Assembly: GCF_000007985.2 (NCBI RefSeq)
Contig: NC_002939.5
Location: 120,001-152,000 of the forward strand
Source of the DNA: Geobacter sulfurreducens PCA
GTDB lineage: Bacteria; Desulfobacterota; Desulfuromonadia; Geobacterales; Geobacteraceae
Length of the DNA stretch: 32,000 nt
Direction of reading: 5' to 3'
Below, piece after piece: positions 9,580 to 17,239 of the stretch (the stretch's first letter is position 1; every line of letters begins with the position of its first letter). A program made the translations under genes and the position numbers. The notes below the pieces were generated by a model, which was not told the origin of the DNA, made no database searches, and saw only the letters and a list, made by a program, of their open reading frames with translations.

Positions 9580-10599
9580 ATGCAGATGAAAAAACCTCGC
9601 ATTGTTATCACGATGGGTGATCCGACCGGCGTCGGCCCCGAGATCATAGCGAAAGCCCTGGCCGATCCGGCGGTGAGAGAGTGCTGTCGACACCTTGTGG
9701 TCGGCGACGAGTTCGCCATGAGCCGGGGAATTGCTCTGACCGGAACCGGTTTCAGAATAGAGACGTCAGAGAGCGTTCCCTTTGAGGAACCTGCCGACGG
9801 AGTCATTACGCTGCGCAAGGTTACGTCCCTCTCCGCCGAAGACCTTTGCTATGGTCAACCGACGATCGCCAGCGGTGATGCAGTCTTTCGCTCCATCTGT
9901 CATGCAGCAGACCTCTGTCTCAAGGGTGAGGCTGACGGTATGGCAACGGCACCGATCAACAAAGGGGCTCTCAACCGGGCGGGACACCGGTATCCCGGCC
10001 ACACGGAGCTTCTTGCCGAGCTTACCGGAGCAGATCGCGTCGTCATGATGCTGGCAGGGGCACGGCTGCGGGTAGCGCTGGTAACCATTCATGAGGCCCT
10101 GGTGCGGGTCCCCGCACTGGTGACATTCGAACAAGTCCTTGAAACCATTCGTATCACGCACCGGGACGTGCACCGCTACTTTACACGCAATCCCCGCATC
10201 GCGGTGCTTGCCCTCAACCCCCACTGCGGCGAGGGCGGTATGTTCGGGGACGAAGAGTCTCGGATCATTGCTCCAGCTGTCCAGGCGGCACGGCAGGAAG
10301 GTATTGACGCGACAGGCCCTCTATCCGCAGATACCCTCTTTCACTTTGCCGTGCACGGAGCCTATGATGCGGTTGTCTGCATGTACCACGACCAGGGGCT
10401 CATTCCCCTGAAGCTCCTCCATTTTGACGATGGTGTGAACGTTACCCTGGGACTCCCCATTATTCGGACCTCAGTGGACCACGGTACCGCCTACGACCTG
10501 GCGGGCACAGGGAAGGCTTCTGCCGAGAGTATGAAGGCCGCCATCATGATGGCCGCGGCAATGGCCGGGAGCAGGCGAGAGGAGAGCGGAGCGCCGTGA
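9580..10599 (+). CDS. pdxA: 4-hydroxythreonine-4-phosphate dehydrogenase
   Basis: 339 aa from the ATG at 9580, because the track start at 9508 lies inside the atp terminator. Motifs are ITMGDPTGVGPEI, GHTELLAE and IRTSVDHGTAYDLAGTGKAS. Confidence 0.9.
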   Translation: MQMKKPRIVITMGDPTGVGPEIIAKALADPAVRECCRHLVVGDEFAMSRGIALTGTGFRIETSESVPFEEPADGVITLRKVTSLSAEDLCYGQPTIASGDAVFRSICHAADLCLKGEADGMATAPINKGALNRAGHRYPGHTELLAELTGADRVVMMLAGARLRVALVTIHEALVRVPALVTFEQVLETIRITHRDVHRYFTRNPRIAVLALNPHCGEGGMFGDEESRIIAPAVQAARQEGIDATGPLSADTLFHFAVHGAYDAVVCMYHDQGLIPLKLLHFDDGVNVTLGLPIIRTSVDHGTAYDLAGTGKASAESMKAAIMMAAAMAGSRREESGAP

Positions 10600-11555
10600 G
10601 GATGAAGAAACTGCTGTATCTGGCCATAGGTGCCGTGGTTGCGTATGGGATCTATATCGCCATATCGCTCATGTTTCTCCCGTCGGTTGCAGAACTGAAG
10701 AACCGTCGCACCACCATGACCATTCAGGTCAAGGATTGGCACGGAGAGTACCATCCCTTCACGGTAGGGCCCAAGAACCGATACTGGACACCGTCAGGCA
10801 GCATCCCCCCGGAGATGAAGTGGGCGGTTATCCTGGCTGAGGACGCCAATTTCTACAAGCACGAAGGAATCGACGTCAAGGCGATCAAGAACGCCATCAA
10901 GTACGATCTCGAAAAAAAGAGCTTTGCCCGCGGTGCATCGACCATCACGCAGCAGGTCGCCAAGAACCTGTTCCTCTCCCGTGAGAAAACCATCTCGCGA
11001 AAGATCAAGGAAATTGTCCTTGCCAAAAGGATGGAAGAGGAACTGACCAAGGGGAGGATAATCGAGCTTTACCTGAACGTCGTGGAGTTAGGTCCCATGG
11101 TCTACGGCATAGGCCACGGTGCGCGATACTACTTCGGCAAACCTGCTTCTGCGCTTACTCCACGCGAGTGTGCCTTCCTGGCCGCCATGCTGCCGGGGCC
11201 GCGGGTGGCCTACAACCCGTACAAGAACCTTGGCAAGGTCCTGAAACGCTCGGACATGATCCTGCGCCTGCTGCGCGGCAAGGGAGTGCTGTCGGACGAC
11301 GAATACCGGCAGGCCCTTGCCCAGACGCCGAACATTGCCGGACTCCAGCGGAAGGTGGATGCGAGCATTGAGAAGGAGGAAACGACCTTCGAGAACAGGA
11401 CGGGCGCAACCGTGCCGCTTGAGCCCCAGTCAACGACAGCGCCCGACGAGCAGGCGCCCGAAGAGGTGCCGGCGGCGTCGTCACAACCAGCTGCGAACGG
11501 CGAACCGGCCGCAGGAGATGGTGGCGAACAGCAGAGCCCGCCGCCTGCTCGCTGA
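10596..11555 (+). CDS. mtgA: Monofunctional biosynthetic peptidoglycan transglycosylase with a disordered C-terminal tail
   Basis: GT51 motifs EDANFYKHEGID, GASTITQQVAKN and RKIKEIVLAKRME, with an N-terminal TM anchor. The GTG at 10596 overlaps the pdxA stop, and an ATG at 10602 is an alternative start. Confidence 0.88.
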   Translation: MRMKKLLYLAIGAVVAYGIYIAISLMFLPSVAELKNRRTTMTIQVKDWHGEYHPFTVGPKNRYWTPSGSIPPEMKWAVILAEDANFYKHEGIDVKAIKNAIKYDLEKKSFARGASTITQQVAKNLFLSREKTISRKIKEIVLAKRMEEELTKGRIIELYLNVVELGPMVYGIGHGARYYFGKPASALTPRECAFLAAMLPGPRVAYNPYKNLGKVLKRSDMILRLLRGKGVLSDDEYRQALAQTPNIAGLQRKVDASIEKEETTFENRTGATVPLEPQSTTAPDEQAPEEVPAASSQPAANGEPAAGDGGEQQSPPPAR

Positions 11556-11607
11556 GGTAGCCGGACGTGCTCGGACTGCTGTCCGTTGGTGCGGCAATCG
11601 GAGAGAA

Positions 11608-11647
11608 GAAAAAAAGGGGTGACCGATTGTTCCGGTCACCCCTTTTG
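11608..11647. terminator. Bidirectional rho-independent terminator between convergent mtgA and the aminotransferase gene
   Basis: GGGGTGACCG (11616-11625) pairs perfectly with CGGTCACCCC (11633-11642). An A-run lies on the left and TTTT on the right. Confidence 0.8.
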
Positions 11648-11669
11648 ATGTTACCACGGCGAATCGTGA

Positions 11670-12974
11670 TCAGGAGTTCAAGTACTCCTTGATCCTCTCC
11701 GCCAGGGTACGGTAAATGCGCATGCACTCGTTCTCATCCTTTTCAAGCAGCGTAACCCGGAAGCCCTGAAGCGGGGTGTTGAAGGAAGAAAGAGGTACGA
11801 TGCAGATGCCAGTGCTTGCCAGGATATAATAGACGAAACGTTTGTCCGGCGAAACCCCGGGGGCGTTCACGAGCTTCTCCACCAGTTCACGGACCTCCAC
11901 GCTCTCGATGGGCAGCGACTGCCGGTCGGTGAGGAGTCCGTCCCGGAACGCGACCGACATGTAGAAGGCACCGTTGGTCCGGTTAACCATGAGACCCGGA
12001 ACCTGCTTGAGGCAGTCGTAGGTGATGGTGCTCATCCGCTCGTAGCATGCGATTCGCTCCCGAAGGTACGTCTGGTACTCGGGATGCTTCATGATGGCCG
12101 GGATGCACTTCTGCGGCAGGGTGGTGGAGCAGACTTCGTTCATCTTGGCGGTGAGGATGGAGTTCAGGAACTTGTGGAACTGCTCGTCGCGGTTGCCGTT
12201 ATAGACCTCGATCCAGCCGCAGCGCGAGCCGGGCCAGGGGATTTCCTTTGAAATTCCCTTCATGGCAATGGCCGGCACCTCGCCGATCACGTCGGAGATG
12301 GGCACGGTGGTCTGGCCGTTGTACGTGATGTTGTTGTAGACCTCGTCGGCAATGATGAAGAGATCGTACCTGCGGGCGATGGCTACGATCTGTTCGAGGA
12401 TCTCCCTGGGGTAGACCATGCCGGTGGGATTGTCCGGATTAATGAGAAGGATGCCGGAGATCTGCGGATTATATTTTACATGGTTCTCCAGATCTTCCAC
12501 GTCGGGGAACCAGTTGTCTTCGGGCTTCAGCCTGTAGCAGACCGGCGCTGCCTGGGCGTGGGCGGCTTCCCCGATGGAGTGGGTGGTATAGGTGGGGGAT
12601 GGCATCAGAATACGGCTTTCGTGGCGAAGATTGCCATAAACCGTGGAGATGGCATCGCCAAGTCCGTTGAAGAAGATGATGTCGTCGGGGGTGATCTGGG
12701 CCCCGCCGCGGTTGTTGGTCAGCCCGCAGAGAAACTCCCGGGTTTCCAGTACCCCACGGGTATGGCAGTAGCCCCAGGTATCGTTCTCCATCACGGCGGC
12801 TGCCACGATTTCCTTCATCCAGCGGGGGATTTCCTCCTTCTTCACGATCGGATCGCCGATATTCTCCCAGTTGATCTTGACGCCGTGCTTCTGGAGCTTT
12901 TCCGCCACATTCACGATGTTGCGGATTTCATAGGTCAGTTCGCCGGCTCCTGGCGTAACCAGTTCATTTCTCAC
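11670..12974 (-). CDS. Class I/II PLP-dependent aminotransferase, AlaA/alanine aminotransferase-like
   Basis: 434 aa with a GTG start and SD AAGGGGGA 8 nt upstream. N-terminal YEIRNIV...NIGDP, DNWFPD, INPDNPTG and a GISKE lysine motif resemble AlaA-type glutamate-pyruvate aminotransferases. Substrate assignment is by resemblance only. Confidence 0.85.
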   Translation of the reverse strand: MRNELVTPGAGELTYEIRNIVNVAEKLQKHGVKINWENIGDPIVKKEEIPRWMKEIVAAAVMENDTWGYCHTRGVLETREFLCGLTNNRGGAQITPDDIIFFNGLGDAISTVYGNLRHESRILMPSPTYTTHSIGEAAHAQAAPVCYRLKPEDNWFPDVEDLENHVKYNPQISGILLINPDNPTGMVYPREILEQIVAIARRYDLFIIADEVYNNITYNGQTTVPISDVIGEVPAIAMKGISKEIPWPGSRCGWIEVYNGNRDEQFHKFLNSILTAKMNEVCSTTLPQKCIPAIMKHPEYQTYLRERIACYERMSTITYDCLKQVPGLMVNRTNGAFYMSVAFRDGLLTDRQSLPIESVEVRELVEKLVNAPGVSPDKRFVYYILASTGICIVPLSSFNTPLQGFRVTLLEKDENECMRIYRTLAERIKEYLNS

Positions 12975-13010
12975 GTCAGTCGTCCCCCTTGTAGTCCTGT
13001 TGTGGTTGCC

Positions 13011-13048
13011 TGAAAATGAAAAAGGCCGTGGGGGTCACCCACGGCCTT
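13011..13048 (-). terminator. Strong intrinsic terminator or attenuator in the aminotransferase leader
   Basis: On the minus strand, AAGGCCGTGGG (13048-13038) pairs perfectly with CCCACGGCCTT (13032-13022) around a 5-nt loop, followed by TTTCATTTTC. It lies 36 nt upstream of the aminotransferase GTG. Confidence 0.75.
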
Positions 13049-13074
13049 CCGATACACGAAGCGTATACGCCTCC

Positions 13075-13164
13075 TCACACGGCAGCGGGTAACCCTGCGG
13101 CGACGGACGCCGCTGCGGTGATAGCTCGTGCTGCTATAGCGATGGAAACGATGTTTTTCTTCAT
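13075..13164 (-). CDS. Candidate 29-codon Ala-rich leader peptide (MKKNIVSIAIAARAITAAASVAAGLPAAV)
   Basis: ATG at 13164 and TGA at 13077-13075, with 11 Ala in 29 codons. It is too short to appear in the ORF track. It is preceded by a promoter-like TTGACG-N17-TATCTG (extended -10 TGG) with essentially no 5' UTR. There is no SD, so translation is unproven. Confidence 0.3.
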   Translation of the reverse strand: MKKNIVSIAIAARAITAAASVAAGLPAAV

Positions 13165-13252
13165 AGCGACTTCAGATACCACGGTGAGTGCGTGGCGTCA
13201 ATGTTTTTTTCCGCAGAGAATGTGCCGTTACCGGACAGTCTGCCCGCCAGCG

Positions 13253-13858
13253 TCACTCAACGGTGATCAGTAAGCGCCCGTCCGGGTCGCGCCAGCGCAG
13301 CCACGCCATCACGCTCAGGTCCACAAGGACCCTGGCCCGGTCTCCGTCAACGTCAAGAATTCGCATGCTCCGCTCCGGCGTGAGCGGGGGGAGTTCCGGG
13401 GCACTGCCGTCCGGCCCGCTCCGGGCCAGGTAGAATTCTTTCCTCAGTCCGCGCAGCAGCCGTGCCGTCTTACCGCGAAGATACTCTTCCCAGGTAAGGT
13501 AGGTCCAGGTCCGGCGGGGTTCCAGCCAGCCGGACCGGCCTGCATCGTCATAGTGAACCCTCAGCCACTCCCCCTTTGTAGCGGTTACCGCCAGGGCAAG
13601 TACCCCTGGCGGGGTCTTGACCACTCCGGCGAGAGCGGGAAGCGATGCCACCCGCAGTTCGCCGATGCGACCAATGCCGGGTTCCCGATAGATGACGACA
13701 AAAGACCCCCCGCCGGCATTATCATGCGCGAGCGAGTTTTTTACCAGCAGGACGCCCTTGCCGGTTTCGGGGCGGGCAGGCGGGGGCGCAGCCGACACTG
13801 TGCCGATGGCAACGGTCGACAGGAGCCAGAGAAGTACACCGGTGCGGAGAAACCACAT
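13253..13858 (-). CDS. Secreted hypothetical protein with SH3b-like repeats
   Basis: 201 aa from the ATG at 13858, with signal peptide MWFLRTGVLLWLLSTVAIGTVSA. Segments GEWLRVHYDDAGRSGWL and ARVLVDLSVMAWLRW resemble bacterial SH3 domains. The upstream part of the track ORF overlaps the VOC gene. Confidence 0.6.
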   Translation of the reverse strand: MWFLRTGVLLWLLSTVAIGTVSAAPPPARPETGKGVLLVKNSLAHDNAGGGSFVVIYREPGIGRIGELRVASLPALAGVVKTPPGVLALAVTATKGEWLRVHYDDAGRSGWLEPRRTWTYLTWEEYLRGKTARLLRGLRKEFYLARSGPDGSAPELPPLTPERSMRILDVDGDRARVLVDLSVMAWLRWRDPDGRLLITVE

Positions 13859-13875
13859 GATAGAGCCGGAATGCC

Positions 13876-14226
13876 TTACCGGTCCACCAGGGCGAAGAGG
13901 TTGCCGTCCGGATCGCTGACCACCGCCATCTTGCCCCAAGGGCTCTGCTCAAGGGGTTGATCGAAACGGACGCCGGCCTGGACCAATTCCTTGCAGAAGC
14001 TGTCGATGTCCTTCACCCGGAACGTGATGCCGGTATGCCGCCCCACGAAGACCAGTGCGTCGGGGGTGAGGGCCTGAGCCACCCCAAGCGTGGTGCCGCC
14101 GGAGAAGAACTCCATCATGGTCATGCCGGCCTGGGCAAGGGGAAGTTTGAGCTGTTCACTGTAGAACCGCTTTGCCGCCTCTAAATCGCGGACGAAAACC
14201 ACCACGTTTTTCATTGCTTCGATCAT
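13876..14226 (-). CDS. VOC-family (glyoxalase/bleomycin-resistance/dioxygenase fold) protein
   Basis: 116 aa with SD GGAAGGA 5 nt upstream. It has a typical single VOC module (VVFVRDLEAAKRFY ... DPDGNLFALV). Confidence 0.8.
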   Translation of the reverse strand: MIEAMKNVVVFVRDLEAAKRFYSEQLKLPLAQAGMTMMEFFSGGTTLGVAQALTPDALVFVGRHTGITFRVKDIDSFCKELVQAGVRFDQPLEQSPWGKMAVVSDPDGNLFALVDR

Positions 14227-14315
14227 GGGAATCCTTCCGAAAAAGTATACGGATCACAATGGATCGAACCATAGCAGACGGTACCGTCCGCGGCAAGGGG
14301 GAATCGCTTCCCGCC

Positions 14316-14355
14316 AAAATTGACGGGCGCGGGGACACTCGGGTCCGCGCCCGTC
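14316..14355 (-). terminator. Terminator after the hydrogenase operon
   Basis: On the minus strand, a perfect 11-bp GC stem (14355-14345 pairs with 14332-14322) with a 12-nt loop is followed by AATTTTG. Confidence 0.5.
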
Positions 14356-14383
14356 ATGAAGGAGTGTGTCGACATTGGCGGGA

Positions 14384-14854
14384 TCAAACGGGATGGATGC
14401 CCCATGCCGCCAGTTCGGCCAGCACCTGGTCCACCAGCAGGGGGAGCGCCCGCGATACCGGCGCCGACAGGTCAGTCCCGGGTTCCACGGAACAGTACTG
14501 GATTCCCCAAAGGACCATCTCCCCAGGAAGGTTTCCCTGGAGATCGGCCACGGCAAGAAGATCCTGGAGTCCCATCTGGTGGGGGGAAACCTTGGTGCGG
14601 AGCGCTGTCGGAATATCCTCTCCCTCGAGCCGCACCAGGGTGCCCGCCGGCGCGCCCGTGTCGATGGCATCCACTACCAGCAGCCGGTCGACTCCATCGA
14701 ACCGGGGAAGCAGGTCGAGGCCAAGGGTGCCGCCGTCCAGGAGCGTCACCCCGGCAGGCAAGGGATGGAGTTCCCGGATCAGTTCCACCGCCCGCACGCC
14801 GGCGCCGTCATCGGACATGATGAGGTTTCCTATGCCGAGAACCAGGATGCTCAG
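14384..14854 (-). CDS. hyaP: [NiFe] hydrogenase maturation endopeptidase (HyaD/HybD family), probable CTG start
   Basis: Family motifs are (L)SILVLGIGNLIMSDDGAGV, LLVVDAID and SPHQMGL. The first ATG (14818) would delete the conserved ILVLGIGN strand. A CTG at 14854-14852 lies 6 nt downstream of a strong SD GGAGGGAG. The start codon is uncertain but the family is clear. Confidence 0.8.
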   Translation of the reverse strand: MSILVLGIGNLIMSDDGAGVRAVELIRELHPLPAGVTLLDGGTLGLDLLPRFDGVDRLLVVDAIDTGAPAGTLVRLEGEDIPTALRTKVSPHQMGLQDLLAVADLQGNLPGEMVLWGIQYCSVEPGTDLSAPVSRALPLLVDQVLAELAAWGIHPV

Positions 14855-14857
14855 CGG

Positions 14858-15526
14858 TTACTCCCTCCGCTTCACCGGCTTGTAGCCGCCGAAAATGCTC
14901 GACATGACGCCGCCGCGTTCCTTCACGTCCATGAGCCACGCGCTGTACACATGGTGGATAGCAAAGGCGATGAGAAGCCACATGACCATATGGTGGGTCA
15001 GGCGCATCCCCTGGTTACTGAACAGCCAGTAGAGGGGCGAAAGGAGCACGTGCATGGCGCCGCCGGGGCGGTGCTCGGCATAGAGGGCGAGCCCGGTGAA
15101 GATCATGGTCAGGTAGAGCAGGAAGACCAGAAGGTAGGTGGCGCCCGCCAGGGCATTGTGGCCGATGGGGTGCGGGACCTTCCGGGAGAGGAAGGTGTAG
15201 TAGGTGAACATCCGCCACATGTTCCGGCGACCCTCCGGGTAGAGGAACGGGACGAATTCACACCATCCCGCGTGACGATTGCCGGCAAAGGCCCACCACA
15301 TCCGGCTCGCGACGCTTACGGCAAAGGTGTAGCCCGCCGTGAAGTGGATGACGCGGACCCAGCCCATGACATAGTCAGAGGCGGAGAGTCCCAGGGTCTT
15401 GGGCGATCCGATGTAAATGCCGGTCACCGACAGCACGACGATGGCGAGCATGTTGACCCAGTGGGTCACCCGCACCGGGACCTCCCAGACGTACTCCTCG
15501 TAGAGACAATTCCGGTTCCGTGCCAT
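14858..15526 (-). CDS. hyaB: Ni/Fe-hydrogenase b-type cytochrome subunit (HyaC family)
   Basis: 222 aa with four predicted TM helices, the N-terminal VRVTHWVNMLAIVVLSVTG signature and conserved His residues. SD AGGAGGA is upstream. Confidence 0.9.
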   Translation of the reverse strand: MARNRNCLYEEYVWEVPVRVTHWVNMLAIVVLSVTGIYIGSPKTLGLSASDYVMGWVRVIHFTAGYTFAVSVASRMWWAFAGNRHAGWCEFVPFLYPEGRRNMWRMFTYYTFLSRKVPHPIGHNALAGATYLLVFLLYLTMIFTGLALYAEHRPGGAMHVLLSPLYWLFSNQGMRLTHHMVMWLLIAFAIHHVYSAWLMDVKERGGVMSSIFGGYKPVKRRE

Positions 15527-15535
15527 GAATTCCTC

Positions 15536-17236
15536 CTACAGGACCTTCACGCTGACCAGTTCTCCTCCTTTCGGGTCGACCACGTGCACGGCGCAGGCCA
15601 AGCACGGGTCGAAGGAGTGGATGGTCCGGAGGATCTCCAGTGGCCTGCCGGGGTCCGCCATGGGAGTCCCTACCAGCGCAGCCTCGTAGGGGCCCAGCTG
15701 CCCCTTTTCATCCCGGGGCGAGGCGTTCCAGGTGGAGGGAACCACGGCCTGGTAGTTCTCGATCTTCTGGTCTTTGATCCTGATCCAGTGCCCGAGCGCG
15801 CCGCGGGGGGCATTGTGCCAGCCATACCCGGCAGCCTCCCGGGGCCAGGTGGCCGGGTCCCACTTTTCGCCGTTGTGGATGGTGAGGTCGCCACCGGCGA
15901 TGTTGGCCACGAGCATGTCGAGCCACGAGGAGAGTTCGCGGGCCACGAGCAGGGTCTCGATTCCCCTGGCCGCGGTACGTCCCAGGGTTGAGAAGAGTGC
16001 TTCGGGGCCCGCGCCGAGCTTGCCGAGGACCATGTCCACCGCGCCTCTTGCCCCGGGGTGGCCTGCCGCGTAGGCTACCAAAATGGTCGCCAGGGGCCCG
16101 GTTTCCATGGGTTTGCCGTCGTAACGGGGCGACTTTACCCAGGAATACTTGCCGTCGGTGTCGAGCATCTCGTACGGCGGTGTCGGCCCGGTGTACCTGG
16201 CCTCGGTCGTCTCGTCATAGGGGTGGACCCCCGCGGCTTCCCCCTCGTACCAGGAGTGAGCCACGCTCTCGGTGATCTTACGCTGGTCGATGGGGTAGAC
16301 CCGGGACAGATCCCGATTCAGAATGATCCCTTGGGGGAGCCAGAGCTTTTCGGGTTTGCCGCTGTTGTCCAGGGGATATTCGCCGTAGGAGAGGTAGTTC
16401 CCGACCCCGCCGCCGATGCCGGCCCATTCTGTATAGAAGGACGCCACCGCCAGCAGGTCGGGGATGTAGACCTTTTCCACGAAGGCCCGGGTCTTTTTCA
16501 AGAGTTGGCCGATCTCGGCGATCTTGTCTGCGTTGAGGGCGTTCTGAGAGTTCGGATCTATCGGCACCGCCATGCCGCCCACCAGGAAGGTCTGGGGATG
16601 GGGGTTCTTGGACCCGAGGATGGCGTGGATCTTGATGATCTCCCGCTGCCAGTCCAGCGCCTCGAGGTAGTGGGCCGTGGCCATGAGGTTCGCCTCGGGC
16701 GGCAACTTGTAGGCCGGGTGACCCCAGTAGGCATTGCCGAAGGGGCCCAGTCGTCCCTTGTTGACAAAGGCCGCCAGCCGGTCCTGGATCGACTTGAAGT
16801 AGGTGGGAGAATTGAGGGGCCAGTCAGAGATGGAAGCCGCCAGGGTCGCCGTCTTTGATGGATCGGCTTTGAGGGCCGAGACCACGTCGACCCAGTCCAG
16901 GGCGTGGAGATGGTAGAAGTGAATAACGTGATCCTGAACCACCTGGCTCCCGATGATGAGGTTGCGGATCAGTTCGGCGTTCAGGGGGATCTTCACGTTC
17001 AGGGCATTTTCCACCGCCCGGATGGAGGCGATGGAGTGCACGGTGGTGCAGACGCCGCAGAAACGCTGAGTGAAATACCAGGCGTCGCGGGGATCGCGCC
17101 CCTTCAGGATTTTTTCGATCCCACGGAACATGGTGCAGGAGCTCCAGGCATCGGTGATCCGTCCGCCGTTCACCTCGGCCTGGATGCGCAGATGTCCCTC
17201 GATTCTCGTGATCGGGTCAACAACGATCATGGCCAT
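15536..17236 (-). CDS. hyaL: [NiFe] hydrogenase large subunit (group 1, uptake type)
   Basis: 566 aa with the N-terminal RIEGH and RFCGVCTTVH motifs and the C-terminal DPCLACAVH. The His is followed by a 15-aa extension (VVDPKGGELVSVKVL), which is the protease substrate. Confidence 0.97.
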   Translation of the reverse strand: MAMIVVDPITRIEGHLRIQAEVNGGRITDAWSSCTMFRGIEKILKGRDPRDAWYFTQRFCGVCTTVHSIASIRAVENALNVKIPLNAELIRNLIIGSQVVQDHVIHFYHLHALDWVDVVSALKADPSKTATLAASISDWPLNSPTYFKSIQDRLAAFVNKGRLGPFGNAYWGHPAYKLPPEANLMATAHYLEALDWQREIIKIHAILGSKNPHPQTFLVGGMAVPIDPNSQNALNADKIAEIGQLLKKTRAFVEKVYIPDLLAVASFYTEWAGIGGGVGNYLSYGEYPLDNSGKPEKLWLPQGIILNRDLSRVYPIDQRKITESVAHSWYEGEAAGVHPYDETTEARYTGPTPPYEMLDTDGKYSWVKSPRYDGKPMETGPLATILVAYAAGHPGARGAVDMVLGKLGAGPEALFSTLGRTAARGIETLLVARELSSWLDMLVANIAGGDLTIHNGEKWDPATWPREAAGYGWHNAPRGALGHWIRIKDQKIENYQAVVPSTWNASPRDEKGQLGPYEAALVGTPMADPGRPLEILRTIHSFDPCLACAVHVVDPKGGELVSVKVL

Positions 17237-17239
17237 GAG

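Noticed and set aside
13016-13273. 85-aa plus-strand ORF in the aminotransferase upstream region
   Set aside because: It starts inside the minus-strand terminator hairpin and has no SD. Its sequence is the Ala/Thr-rich complement of the minus-strand leader region, and the minus-strand interpretation explains the structure better.
14366-15991. 541-aa ORF on the plus strand across the hydrogenase protease, cytochrome b and large subunit
   Set aside because: It is antisense to three well-supported genes. Its composition is Gly/Arg/Pro/His-rich with no domains, so it is a GC-driven artefact.
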